Assembly (NCBI GenBank): GCA_964654425.1
Contig: CAZZIN010000003.1
Location: forward strand, 1,812-65,811
DNA from: an uncultured Clavibacter sp.
Lineage (GTDB): Bacteria; Actinomycetota; Actinomycetes; Nanopelagicales; Nanopelagicaceae
Reading direction: 5' to 3'
Length of the DNA stretch: 64,000 nt
Shown: piece after piece, positions 9,968 through 19,485 of the stretch
Position numbering within the stretch: the stretch's first letter is position 1
Layout: every line of letters starts with the position of its first letter
The notes under the pieces: generated by a model
Told to the model about the DNA's origin: nothing
What the model saw: the letters and a program-made list of their open reading frames with translations, nothing else
The model's database searches: none
Translations under genes and position numbers: made by a program

Positions 9968-11062
9968 GGACTTCTTACGTGGCGCTAATTGATCGATAAT
10001 TGATTCGAATTCAAGCGCGGCTGACGATTCGGGCTTTGTAACGACTACTGGTTTACCCGAGTCGCCGCCCTCTCTTAGCGCAATATCGAAAGGAATCTTT
10101 CCTAATAGCGGTACCTCTGCTCCGACCAAATTAGAGAGACGCTTAGCGGTCTCCTCTCCTCCGCCTTCGCCAAACAGAGCAACCGGTTGTGTTGCGCCAT
10201 CAGGAATATAGGCCGACATATTCTCAATCACACCGATTATCTGTTGCTTGAGCTGGTGCGCAATTCTTCCGGCACGTTCAGCGACTTCGGCAGCTGCGAT
10301 CTGGGGGGTTGTGACAACCAAGATCTCAGAGCCAGGTATCAATTGGCCGAGCGAGATAGCAATATCTCCCGTTCCCGGTGGAAGATCTAGTAAAAGAAAA
10401 TCAAGGTCGCCCCAATACGCATCACTTAGTAGCTGCTCTAATACTCGATGTAATAATGGTCCTCTATAGGCGACAGGGTCTGCTCGATCAGGTTTAAACA
10501 TCTCAATCGAAACAGTCTTAACTCCGAATGACTCCAATGGAATGAAGGTTTGATCGATTGCGGTTGGTCGCTTTCCTTCAATTCCGAGCGCTCTAGGAAT
10601 TGAGTGCCCGTACACATCTGCATCAAGCAAACCAACTTTGAAGCCACGCTTTGCTAGGGCGACGGCAAGATTTACGGTGACGCTGCTCTTTCCAACTCCA
10701 CCTTTGCCCGAGGAAACCCCAATTACTCTCGTAAGAGATTCTGGTTGAGCAAACGGAATGAATTTCTCTCGTCCACCCCGAAGCAGTTTCTTAACTCGAT
10801 CTCTTTGTTCATCATTCATTACGCCGAAATTGACCTTCACGGATTTCACTTCACTGACCTTGAGAGCAGCTGCAGTCACATCTTTCTCAAGTCGATCGCG
10901 CATAGGGCAGCCTGTGATTGTTAGCAGGATTGAGATATCAGCTTTGCCTGCTTCAAAGATGATTCGCTCCACCATACCGAGCTCAGTTATGGGTCGGTGA
11001 AGTTCTGGGTCGGAAACTTTTGCTAGCTCAGCATTGATTGCTGAGATGATTTCTTCGCTCAT
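9935..11062 (-). CDS. mrp: Mrp/ApbC Fe-S cluster carrier ATPase
   Basis: N-terminal DUF59-like region (PELHRPITELGMV), Walker A SGKGGVGKSS, and LLLDLPPGTGD. Confidence 0.9.
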   Translation of the reverse strand: MSEEIISAINAELAKVSDPELHRPITELGMVERIIFEAGKADISILLTITGCPMRDRLEKDVTAAALKVSEVKSVKVNFGVMNDEQRDRVKKLLRGGREKFIPFAQPESLTRVIGVSSGKGGVGKSSVTVNLAVALAKRGFKVGLLDADVYGHSIPRALGIEGKRPTAIDQTFIPLESFGVKTVSIEMFKPDRADPVAYRGPLLHRVLEQLLSDAYWGDLDFLLLDLPPGTGDIAISLGQLIPGSEILVVTTPQIAAAEVAERAGRIAHQLKQQIIGVIENMSAYIPDGATQPVALFGEGGGEETAKRLSNLVGAEVPLLGKIPFDIALREGGDSGKPVVVTKPESSAALEFESIIDQLAPRKKSLLGVRLGLST

Positions 11063-11385
11063 AGTAGATCGGGATCGATCTTTGCGACATCTTTAAGTTC
11101 CTTAGTGCGTTGACGCATCTCTTTGATTACAGGCTTAGTATCATCAAGAGCATCTCCAATAACCTTCTTTGCCAGGTTCTTGGGGGTCAAATCTTTTACA
11201 TCGAGATCCTCAAAACCTGGACCAAGATTCTTCTTCAATTCCCGAGATGCATCGGAGGTAAAGTTGCGAACTCTATGAATGATGCGGGCGAAATCTTTAG
11301 CAGCGGTTGGTAACTTATCGGGGCCAACTAGAAACAGACCTAGAACGACGAGTCCTAGGAATTCCCCCATCCCGATTCCAAACAT
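11059..11385 (-). CDS. tatB: twin-arginine translocase subunit TatB (TatA/B family)
   Basis: MFGIGMGEFLGLVVLGLFLVGPDKLP N-terminus, amphipathic helix, 108 aa. ATGA overlap with mrp. Confidence 0.8.
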   Translation of the reverse strand: MFGIGMGEFLGLVVLGLFLVGPDKLPTAAKDFARIIHRVRNFTSDASRELKKNLGPGFEDLDVKDLTPKNLAKKVIGDALDDTKPVIKEMRQRTKELKDVAKIDPDLL

Positions 11386-11402
11386 AAAGTAATCCTAAAT
11401 CC

Positions 11403-12059
11403 CTATATCTTCGTTGCAACTAATACGCCATCGCCTACTGGCAGGAGCATCGGAAGCCAGCGCTCTCGCGCCTCGCGAATGAGTTTTATGGCATCTCTAA
11501 AGGCAACCGTTTCTTCATCGCGCTGAGTTGGATCAGCAACTTTTCCTCCCATGAGAGCTCGATCTATCACGAGCACGCCACCTGGACGAAGTGATCTATG
11601 TGCGCTTTCTACATTATCGAAGATATCTCGACTCTTTCTCAGGATGAAGATGTCATAAAGACTATCGGCGAGCTTTCCGACTATCTCAGTGCTATTCCCA
11701 GTAATCAAGCGATACCTAGATGTTGGAATTGCCGCCTCTTCAAATGCTTGTTTTGCAAGTCGCGCATTTTCAACTTCATCATCTATCGAAGTAAATAGTC
11801 CCTTATCAATCATGGCTGGAATCATCCAGAGCCCGCTAACCCCAGAGCCCGTTCCTACTTCGACAATTGATGATGCTCCAATCAAGTTAGTCAGGTAACG
11901 AAGTAATGAACCGACCGCTTGAGTGGTTTCGTATGCGCCAATCTCGGCGCCACGCTGTCGAGCGCGTTGCATAATCTCAGTCTCGGGAATGAAGTTATTT
12001 GAGAATGCCTTCATATCTCCGCGATCCGAGAAAGGTGACTTCAAAGACTTGCCATCCAT
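11403..12059 (-). CDS. class-I SAM-dependent O-methyltransferase (family 3)
   Basis: SAM motif VEVGTGSGVSGLW and GGVLVIDRAL. Conserved partner of tatB/mrp in Actinobacteria. Confidence 0.8.
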   Translation of the reverse strand: MDGKSLKSPFSDRGDMKAFSNNFIPETEIMQRARQRGAEIGAYETTQAVGSLLRYLTNLIGASSIVEVGTGSGVSGLWMIPAMIDKGLFTSIDDEVENARLAKQAFEEAAIPTSRYRLITGNSTEIVGKLADSLYDIFILRKSRDIFDNVESAHRSLRPGGVLVIDRALMGGKVADPTQRDEETVAFRDAIKLIREARERWLPMLLPVGDGVLVATKI

Positions 12060-13540
12060 TCAGTCAACAACCTTACGCCAAAACCAGTTCCGCCTTTTGG
12101 ATTCTCGCCGGCATCTGCGTCAGAGCGCGCTGGGCCAGCAATGTCCATATGAACCCATCTTCTCTTTCCAACAAACTTTTCGAGGAATAGAGCTGCGGTT
12201 ACTGAGCCAGCTTGGAATTTATATTTGTCAGCAGTGTGGTTGTAGTCAGCAACGTTGCTCTCAAGTGCAATGGTGTAATCGTCAACAAGGGGCATATGCC
12301 AGATTCGATCACCGATGTACTCTCCGATTTCGTTGAACTTTCGCGCTAATTTCGTGTCGCGCGTGTACATCGCTCCATAAAGTCGGCTCAGGCCAAGCGT
12401 TGCTGCGCCGGTCAAAGTAGCGATATCAATTAGATAATCTGGTTCTAGATTCTTATCGGCGTAGGCAAGGCCATCTGCAAGTACCAACCGACCCTCAGCA
12501 TCTGTATTAATAACTTCAACCGTGGTTCCACCATAATGCGTGATCACATCCGAAGGGCGCTGTGCTGTTCCAGATAAGGCATTTTCAGCCAGCATCAAAA
12601 GTCCAGTAACGCGGACTTTCAACTTCAATTCTGCGGCAGCTACCACCGATTCCAATACGACCGCGGCACCTGTCATATCGCTTTTCATCGGCGCCATAAC
12701 ATCGTATGGCCGCTTCAGCCAAGCTCCGCCAGTGTCGAAAGTGATTCCTTTACCGACAAGTACTACATGCGGTTTGCGAGAAGAGCCGGCTGGATTGTAG
12801 GAAATTTCCACAAATCTCGGTGGATTCTTCTTGCTTGAATTTCCGACCGCTCTAAGGCCACCAAATTCGGCTAAGTCACGCCCGGAACTAACTTTGATCT
12901 TTAATTTCATCCGTTTCGCTTCAGATCTCGCCTTACTCGCAATCCATTCCGGCGACTTAATATTTGAAGGCGTGTGAATCAAATCGCGGGCTCGCCATGT
13001 TGCCCCAACCAAGATTTCACTCTTTGTGACTACATCGGTGAAGTCGCCACCTATCAAGAAGCTTGGTGTATCGAACTTACTTTTCCTATCGCTCGCTCCT
13101 TTCGTACTCCATAAGTAGGTCGAGAGTGCAAGCGCATTTAGATGAACTAGAGCGCCGCTCTTTTCAGCTGCACATAGTGAGAGCAGCGTTGAATTAGTCG
13201 ACTTAACTTTTCGACCAAGAATTGTGCCTATTTTTCTCAAATCATTTGGTTTGCGCTCGCCAACCCCGATCAAGTAAATTCGAGATAGCGAATTATTTCT
13301 TATCAGTAACGGAATCTCAATGATTTCGCCTAAGTTGGCTGTAAAACCTGAGCCCGCTTTTTCAATCTCATTTTGAAAATTTAATCCAAATTCATTCTCA
13401 AGATAGCTGTGCCACTTATCGGATATCGATAATTCGCCAGTGGGAAGAACGGGAATACCTAGATGAGTAACGCCTTTTAGCGATTCTCCCGAAGGGCTTG
13501 TTGTCTTTCGCGTGCCCAACTTCGGGACGGGGCGATTCAC
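12041..13540 (-). CDS. pepA: leucyl aminopeptidase (M17); GTG start
   Basis: VGKGITFDTGG, NTDAEGRLVLAD and HMDIAGP motifs, 499 aa. Confidence 0.9.
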   Translation of the reverse strand: MNRPVPKLGTRKTTSPSGESLKGVTHLGIPVLPTGELSISDKWHSYLENEFGLNFQNEIEKAGSGFTANLGEIIEIPLLIRNNSLSRIYLIGVGERKPNDLRKIGTILGRKVKSTNSTLLSLCAAEKSGALVHLNALALSTYLWSTKGASDRKSKFDTPSFLIGGDFTDVVTKSEILVGATWRARDLIHTPSNIKSPEWIASKARSEAKRMKLKIKVSSGRDLAEFGGLRAVGNSSKKNPPRFVEISYNPAGSSRKPHVVLVGKGITFDTGGAWLKRPYDVMAPMKSDMTGAAVVLESVVAAAELKLKVRVTGLLMLAENALSGTAQRPSDVITHYGGTTVEVINTDAEGRLVLADGLAYADKNLEPDYLIDIATLTGAATLGLSRLYGAMYTRDTKLARKFNEIGEYIGDRIWHMPLVDDYTIALESNVADYNHTADKYKFQAGSVTAALFLEKFVGKRRWVHMDIAGPARSDADAGENPKGGTGFGVRLLTEWMASL

Positions 13541-13716
13541 TTCTTAATTAGCGAGACCGCTGTGTTCAAGACATCCGCGAGATTGCGTGCTTCCTCTTGA
13601 TTGAGTTCCACAACTAATCGGCCGCCACCCTCCAAAGGAATACGCATTACAAGGCTGCGCGCCTCCTTTGTTACCTCCATAGGTCCGTCGCCAGTGCGGG
13701 GTTTCATGGCTGCCAT
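13537..13716 (-). CDS. DUF3117 small conserved actinobacterial protein (59 aa, below the ORF-track cutoff)
   Basis: Manual translation: MAAMKPRTGDGPMEVTKEARSLVMRIPLEGGGRLVVELNQEEARNLADVLNTAVSLIKK. SD AGAGAGAGG lies upstream. The stop overlaps the pepA GTG (GTGA). Confidence 0.75.
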   Translation of the reverse strand: MAAMKPRTGDGPMEVTKEARSLVMRIPLEGGGRLVVELNQEEARNLADVLNTAVSLIKK

Positions 13717-13777
13717 TTCGACCTCTCTCTAAAAGCTAAGTCCGGGTCAGATCAATCCGGGTTTACTTAAGAACCAG

Positions 13778-13793
13778 GGGCGAATTATCGCCC
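13778..13793 (-). terminator. short hairpin GGGCGA-UAAU-UCGCCC directly after the sigma-r4 ORF stop; weak U tract
   Basis: Read directly. The trailing sequence is CUGGUUCUU, so this is at best a weak terminator or attenuator. Confidence 0.3.
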
Positions 13794-13795
13794 AT

Positions 13796-14005
13796 TCAGT
13801 CATGAGAGGGGAAATCGAAGGTTGAGCGCAATCGAGCACGACCGGAGGCTAAGACTGCAGCAACTGAACGCTCGGGAACCCCTATCTTGGCAGCGATGTC
13901 CGCCACCGTCAGGTTCTTAGCAAAATAGAGCAGGAGAACGACGCGCTCTTCTTCTGGCAGAGACTCAATCAGCTCCGCGAGAGTTTGTGCTTTGCGCTCA
14001 TTCAC
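13796..14005 (-). CDS. stand-alone sigma-70 region-4 / GerE-like HTH protein (69 aa)
   Basis: LPEEERVVLLLYFAKNLTVADIAAKIGVPERSVAAVLASGRARL matches the region 4.2 pattern (LPxxxRxVxxL...IAxxLGxxxxxVxxxxxRARxxL). There is no room upstream for region 2. Confidence 0.6.
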   Translation of the reverse strand: MNERKAQTLAELIESLPEEERVVLLLYFAKNLTVADIAAKIGVPERSVAAVLASGRARLRSTFDFPSHD

Positions 14006-14047
14006 ATACCAAGGCTACAAGGCGTACTGCTTAATACACCTCAAGTT

Positions 14048-14473
14048 CTACTTGAACGAGCGCGCAAATTTCCTGAGAGAAATGTTTACCGCAATCAAGA
14101 TGAAAGGTTTTAGTAGAAGTAGCATGAAAGCGGGCGCTTTGATCTCTTCATACCAATCAAACTTAGTGCCACCATCTATATCTGTGAGTCTAAATTCCCC
14201 AATGCCTTTGATTATCTTCCCGTAGTGATCGACTCTGCAAAAAATTGGTGGCTCCCAAGTTACAACTCTCATCTTGTCTAATATTCCAAATAAACCTATT
14301 CCTGTAAATGCATCAATAGTCGTTCCAACTCCACTGTCGTCTGCTCCTTGATCCGATGCCGTAACTTTTGTAAAAGCCATCCAGTCACCTTGTTGCTCCC
14401 AATTAACTAGAGCACGCCAAACCTCAAGCTGTGGGGCTGCTATAAAAACTTGGGCGTAAAAATCTTTAAGCAC
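14048..14473 (-). CDS. SRPBCC (polyketide cyclase/dehydrase-like) family protein
   Basis: N-terminal IAAPQLEVWRALVNWEQQGDWM pattern, 141 aa. Confidence 0.65.
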   Translation of the reverse strand: MLKDFYAQVFIAAPQLEVWRALVNWEQQGDWMAFTKVTASDQGADDSGVGTTIDAFTGIGLFGILDKMRVVTWEPPIFCRVDHYGKIIKGIGEFRLTDIDGGTKFDWYEEIKAPAFMLLLLKPFILIAVNISLRKFARSFK

Positions 14474-15011
14474 TTGGTTGCTTCTCCATGTGTTTTATCG
14501 AATCTTCTATTGCGTCACACCAAAGGACTAACTCATGCAAACCAGGTTTCAAGAATTTCTGCTCTGTTAAGTCGCCGAGCGCGCTACGGAGTGAGTTATA
14601 GACACCGTATGGATCCAAGACGGCAATCGGCTTATTGTGAAAGCCAAGATATCTCCCAACCCAGATTTCAAAGAGCTCTTCCAGAGTTCCGAGGCCACCT
14701 GGCAAGGCAATAAAGCCATCAGAGATTTTCTCAATTAGGCCTTTACGCTCTCTCATATCTGCTACGACATGCATCTTCGATGCCTCTTTATCTATAAACT
14801 CAACATTTGTTAATTTTTCTGGGATTACACCGATAGTTGCACCGCCTTGGGCTCTTGCACCACGAGCGACTTCGCCCATAACTGAGATTGCCCCGCCACC
14901 CCAAACTAATTCGTGGCCCCGTTTTGCAATCTCTGCTCCTAGATCAAATCCGAGTTTCAATGCCTCTGGAGGAACTGCATTGGAAGAGGCGCAATAGACG
15001 GCAATCTTCAC
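14466..15011 (-). CDS. LOG family nucleotide 5'-monophosphate phosphoribohydrolase
   Basis: GGGAISVMGEVARGA and PGGLGTLEELFE motifs, 181 aa. Confidence 0.85.
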   Translation of the reverse strand: MKIAVYCASSNAVPPEALKLGFDLGAEIAKRGHELVWGGGAISVMGEVARGARAQGGATIGVIPEKLTNVEFIDKEASKMHVVADMRERKGLIEKISDGFIALPGGLGTLEELFEIWVGRYLGFHNKPIAVLDPYGVYNSLRSALGDLTEQKFLKPGLHELVLWCDAIEDSIKHMEKQPSA

Positions 15012-15051
15012 GAGCGCACTCTAGAGCAATTGATATTGGTACCTTTAGCGA

Positions 15052-15969
15052 ATGACCAGTGCATTCGGATACGGCATCGCAACAATCTCCGATGCTGGCC
15101 AAGTACTCGACGCTAAATACAAGACTTTAGGTTTAGGAACGCTAATTGGCTCCAAGGAGCCGGATTTATCTGGGTTGCTACGACGCGATGAAATTAGAAA
15201 AGTAAAGCAAGAAGTAGTGGCTAGAGAGATTGAATTGAGTTCTCCACCAAAGGATGTTGCAGATGCCTTCTTGAGGCTGCAACTCCTCTCACATCGAATC
15301 ATCCAGCCCCATGGTGCATCGCTAGATGGGATTTTCTCAATCCTTAACAATGTGGTTTGGACTTCGCATGGCCCTTGTCTTATCGAGGGCTTTGATTCTG
15401 TTGCAGATGCTTTGAGGAGTAGAGATGGTTTCTTAGTCATATATGGGGTCGATAAATTCCCGCGGATGATCGATTATGTGATTCCAGATGGCGTGCGAAT
15501 CGCCGATGGAGATCGAGTTCGCCTTGGTGCCCATCTTGCACCAGGCACGACTGTTATGCATGAGGGATTTGTTAATTTCAATGCGGGAACTCTCGGAGCT
15601 TCTATGGTCGAGGGGCGTATCTCTGCAGGAGTTGTCGTTGGTGATGGAAGTGATATCGGTGGTGGCGCTTCGATTATGGGAACTTTAAGTGGCGGCGGTA
15701 AAGAAGTAATCTCGATTGGGAAGAAAACCCTGCTTGGTGCTAACTCTGGAATTGGAATCTCACTCGGTGATAATTGTGTCGTGGAAGCGGGTGTTTATAT
15801 AACTGCCGGTTCGAAGGTGAAGCTACCTGATGGCAAAGTAGTGAAAGCCCGAGAACTATCTGGAGCAAATGGGATTTTGTTGCGCCGTAATTCCGAGAGC
15901 GGAGCGCTTGAAGCTCTCCCCAGAAGCGGATCTTGGGGCGGTCTGAATAGCGTGCTGCACTCTAATTAG
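15052..15969 (+). CDS. dapD: 2,3,4,5-tetrahydropyridine-2,6-dicarboxylate N-succinyltransferase
   Basis: Long actinobacterial DapD form with hexapeptide repeats: RVRLGAHLAPGTTVMHEGFVNFNAGTLGASMVEGRIS... Confidence 0.85.
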   Translation: MTSAFGYGIATISDAGQVLDAKYKTLGLGTLIGSKEPDLSGLLRRDEIRKVKQEVVAREIELSSPPKDVADAFLRLQLLSHRIIQPHGASLDGIFSILNNVVWTSHGPCLIEGFDSVADALRSRDGFLVIYGVDKFPRMIDYVIPDGVRIADGDRVRLGAHLAPGTTVMHEGFVNFNAGTLGASMVEGRISAGVVVGDGSDIGGGASIMGTLSGGGKEVISIGKKTLLGANSGIGISLGDNCVVEAGVYITAGSKVKLPDGKVVKARELSGANGILLRRNSESGALEALPRSGSWGGLNSVLHSN

Positions 15970-15972
15970 TTA

Positions 15973-17301
15973 TTAAATTACGCAGAGTGCTCTTTTGAAG
16001 AATGGATTGGTTTGACACTCACGCACTACAGCTAGAACTACAACTGCTTGAAAGTTGTTCCGTATCCAAGTAGATGGCAACTTGGTCCTGGAGCGAAAAA
16101 CTTCCCCCGTTAGCGTGCTAGTTCTTCCATCTGATGAATATGCCGTTATGGAGAGCACGCTGTTTGTCTGGGATACCGAATCGACTGTGTACGAAACGAC
16201 ATCCGGGAGGACAAAGGCTTGTGCCATGGTCGATTGGGTTACCACACGATTCCACGAGTAATAGCGAGGGTTTATTTTCGGATCAAGGCTCCAGGGATCG
16301 GGAACTCCAAGGAGGTATGGGAATTCTGATCCCCAAACCTCTTTGATGTTCTGGGTCTTGCCTGCGCTAGATGAGAAGTAAAAAGCATTAATTGGCTTGC
16401 CCGCTATTGTTATTACGAGCGCAGTTTCAGTATCTACAAAAGTTCGATTTACCGCTGACTTCCATAGTATTCCGTAGTCAATTCGATTAACTTTCTCATC
16501 TTCCTTGGCGAAGCCAACAAAGTTCTGATCAATTGTGGTGCTGTAGATATTGCAATCACATTCAGGCCTAATTCGATTGACCTTGTTCAACGCGTAAGTT
16601 CGAGCAGCTATCGCCTGTGCTTCTAGCGCGGCTGGTGGCCATGAAGAAGGTACTTCACCAATTCCATAAAGGTATTCATCATGTAAGCGCAGCGTTGTAG
16701 TTACCGCAAGATAAGAGGTAACAGAAGTCTTGATACTCTTAAAGCTTATTTGACCATATTTGTATCTACCACTCATCTCGCCACTCTTCAATGAAATCAC
16801 GGTGCTCGTATCCCAACGGATGGTCCAGGACTCATTTGCGGCAATAGGTGCGAACTTCGCAGTTGGTGATGTTAGAAAGGGAACAACTTGTCCAGAGAAA
16901 TTTGTGAAAGTTGCCGTTACGGTTCCGTCATAACGACCAAATGGTTCTGGATTCTCATTAGCCGGAATATCCCCTTTATAGAGTGCAAATCCCCCGATTG
17001 ATTTCTCCAAACTTATAGTTGTAGCTGTGGTCTGGTTGGCGATATTCACTCTTATCAATTGATTATCTGGAAATGGCGTGACGCTCGAGCCCGGGTAGTA
17101 ATAACTAAGTATTTCTAAGGCGCTCTTTCCTTCGAGCGCCTGACCACGCGCACCGATCTGACTCATCCCGACCCCGTGTCCATAGCCCGCTCCAACAAAT
17201 TGAAATTCGGTTGGAATCTTGGTCTCCGCACCTGCATAGGGTGGGTTGAAGCCAAGGATCAAGGAGGAGATCAGAATCGAGTGAAGAATGTAACGGCGCA
17301 T
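15973..17301 (-). CDS. secreted SpoIID/LytB domain protein
   Basis: Signal peptide, GYGHGVGMSQIGA motif and a SpoIID-like core (AQAIAARTYAL). Confidence 0.8.
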   Translation of the reverse strand: MRRYILHSILISSLILGFNPPYAGAETKIPTEFQFVGAGYGHGVGMSQIGARGQALEGKSALEILSYYYPGSSVTPFPDNQLIRVNIANQTTATTISLEKSIGGFALYKGDIPANENPEPFGRYDGTVTATFTNFSGQVVPFLTSPTAKFAPIAANESWTIRWDTSTVISLKSGEMSGRYKYGQISFKSIKTSVTSYLAVTTTLRLHDEYLYGIGEVPSSWPPAALEAQAIAARTYALNKVNRIRPECDCNIYSTTIDQNFVGFAKEDEKVNRIDYGILWKSAVNRTFVDTETALVITIAGKPINAFYFSSSAGKTQNIKEVWGSEFPYLLGVPDPWSLDPKINPRYYSWNRVVTQSTMAQAFVLPDVVSYTVDSVSQTNSVLSITAYSSDGRTSTLTGEVFRSRTKLPSTWIRNNFQAVVVLAVVRECQTNPFFKRALCVI

Positions 17302-17331
17302 CAGGATTATTAGGGTACCTGAGCACGCTGC

Positions 17332-18348
17332 TTAAGAATTGGAAATAAGACCTCGTGGTGATGTGATGAAACCAAATCCCCAGCAAAAATGCATAATTAT
17401 CAGAACTATCGGAAGCCTAATGCGCTCTGACCAATTTCTCCCAATCCCCAACGAAGCAACTTTAATACTTATTAAATATCCGAATGGAAGAATCAGAAAC
17501 CAGGGAGAGATAGTGAGCGAGAGAATTACGGCAAGTACCTGGGCTACCAAGTTGATTGGTGCAGCTAGGTAACGAAGATTCGCAGTTCCCTTGTGATAGC
17601 GCGTTACTGCGGCACGCCATTTTCCATATTCAAAATATTGTTTCGCAAGAGAGCGCATAGAGCTACGTGGGCGATAAGTTACTTGTAGTTTCGGATCAAA
17701 CCAGACTTTTCCGCCCGCTTTACGTAATCTGTAATTTAATTCCCAATCTTGCGCGCGAGTAAATCTAGGGTCATATCCACCGACATCAATCAATGCACTT
17801 CTTCGAAAGACCCCGAGGTAAACAGTGTCAACGCTGCCAGCACTTCCACCTGTGTGAAATCTCGAACCTCCTACCCCAATCGGCGATCGCATCGCTCGTG
17901 CAACCGCTCGTTCAAAGGGAGTAACTCCCTCAGCTGCCATAACACCGCCTACATTTACAGCGCCCGTTTCATTCAAGATTCGTACCGCTTCTCGGATGTA
18001 ATTGGAATCTATTGCAGAGTGGCCATCGATTCTTACGATGATTTCGTGGCTAGTTGCTTTGATTGCAGCGTTCAAACCATCGGGAGTTCGGCCAGAAGGG
18101 TTTGAAATTATTTGTACGCGCTTATCTCTAAGCGCGAGCTGCTTTGCAATCTCTTCCGTATTATCTTTTGAGGGACCAACGGAGATCACAATCTCGAGAG
18201 GTCCTCCGTAGTTAGAATTGAGAATCGCTTCAATTGCTTCACTTAAATGTGTGGCTTCATTTACCACGGTTAAAATCACAGAAACGGCTGGCTCATTCGG
18301 AGTGTGGGAGGGATTACTCGTCATTTTCTCAGCGAACATAACGGTCAA
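17332..18348 (-). CDS. family-2 glycosyltransferase with C-terminal TM segments
   Basis: VSVILTVVNEA..., RIDGHS (DxH-like) and the typical GT2 fold pattern. The start may be an internal Met (18339 or 18324). Confidence 0.85.
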   Translation of the reverse strand: MTVMFAEKMTSNPSHTPNEPAVSVILTVVNEATHLSEAIEAILNSNYGGPLEIVISVGPSKDNTEEIAKQLALRDKRVQIISNPSGRTPDGLNAAIKATSHEIIVRIDGHSAIDSNYIREAVRILNETGAVNVGGVMAAEGVTPFERAVARAMRSPIGVGGSRFHTGGSAGSVDTVYLGVFRRSALIDVGGYDPRFTRAQDWELNYRLRKAGGKVWFDPKLQVTYRPRSSMRSLAKQYFEYGKWRAAVTRYHKGTANLRYLAAPINLVAQVLAVILSLTISPWFLILPFGYLISIKVASLGIGRNWSERIRLPIVLIIMHFCWGFGFITSPRGLISNS

Positions 18349-18375
18349 ACGCTATCGCTTGATTACTCTTGCACA

Positions 18376-19473
18376 GTGAAATCACCACGTGCGATTCGAT
18401 TCTTCACCATACTCTCGGTCTCAATCGTCGCACTCTCCGGCATAACCTGGCTCGGCCTCGGTCGAATAACTTCAGCAATCCCGAAGTTAGATGTATTTGC
18501 TGGTCTCGAGAATCGCCCCAAAAAAGAGTCATCAGCGGTCAATTACCTAATCGTCGGATCTGATACTCGCGAAGGTCTATCACGTGAAGAAATAAAGAGA
18601 TTAAAAGTTGGGGGTACCGAAGTCGCCGCTGGTAAGAGATCGGACACCATGCTATTGGTGCACATCTCAAAGAAACGAGATAAGGCCGCAATAATCTCGA
18701 TTCCGCGCGATTCGTATGCACTAATACCAGGACATAAATCAATAAATACCGGAAAAGATGTTGGGCCAGTCCACTCAAAGATCAATTCAGCTTATAACTG
18801 GGGTGGTGCTCCACTCTTAATCCAGACTTTCGAATCTATGTCAGGGCTTCGAATAGATCACTATGTAGAAATAAATTTTGTCGGATTCGTAAGGATGGTT
18901 GATGCTCTGGGTGGAGTAGAGATTTGCACGAAGCGAGATATCAACGACCCGAAAAGTCATCTCTCCCTTCCCGCTGGAAGGCATGTCTTGGATGGAGTCG
19001 ACTCACTTAAATATGTTCGCTCCAGGACTTTTGATGGCCTTGGGGATCTAGGCAGAATGAAACGGCAGCAAGAATTCGCAGGAGCAATGCTACGAAAAGC
19101 GACAAGCGCTGGAGTACTACTAAATCCAATCAAGTTAGTCGACTTCGTAAACTCAGCTCTCGCAAGCGTCACGACCGATAGCAATCTTTCTCAAGGAGAT
19201 CTTTTGACTCTGGGAAAACAGCTTAGAAATCTTTCTGCTTCAAGCGTGCGTACGCTCACAATTCCACTTAAGTATTACAACTACAGCAAAAATGGAGTAT
19301 CGGCTGCAGTCTTGTGGGATCCAGAACTCTCTGCTGAGCTTTTTGATCGGATCAAGAATGATGAGGCACTCATCGACAAAGTGAAACCAGATCCATCGGC
19401 CTCGCCGACTACAGTCGATAAATTCGCAACCAACGCCGCAAGTGATAATCCCTGTAAGCAAAGCAAGGAATAG
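18376..19473 (+). CDS. LytR-CpsA-Psr (LCP) family cell-wall glycopolymer transferase
   Basis: N-terminal TM, NYLIVGSDTR, RSDTMLLVHI and ISIPRDS motifs. I chose the GTG at 18376 to avoid the overlap with the divergent GT2 start. Confidence 0.85.
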   Translation: MKSPRAIRFFTILSVSIVALSGITWLGLGRITSAIPKLDVFAGLENRPKKESSAVNYLIVGSDTREGLSREEIKRLKVGGTEVAAGKRSDTMLLVHISKKRDKAAIISIPRDSYALIPGHKSINTGKDVGPVHSKINSAYNWGGAPLLIQTFESMSGLRIDHYVEINFVGFVRMVDALGGVEICTKRDINDPKSHLSLPAGRHVLDGVDSLKYVRSRTFDGLGDLGRMKRQQEFAGAMLRKATSAGVLLNPIKLVDFVNSALASVTTDSNLSQGDLLTLGKQLRNLSASSVRTLTIPLKYYNYSKNGVSAAVLWDPELSAELFDRIKNDEALIDKVKPDPSASPTTVDKFATNAASDNPCKQSKE

Positions 19474-19485
19474 TAAGGTTCACGC

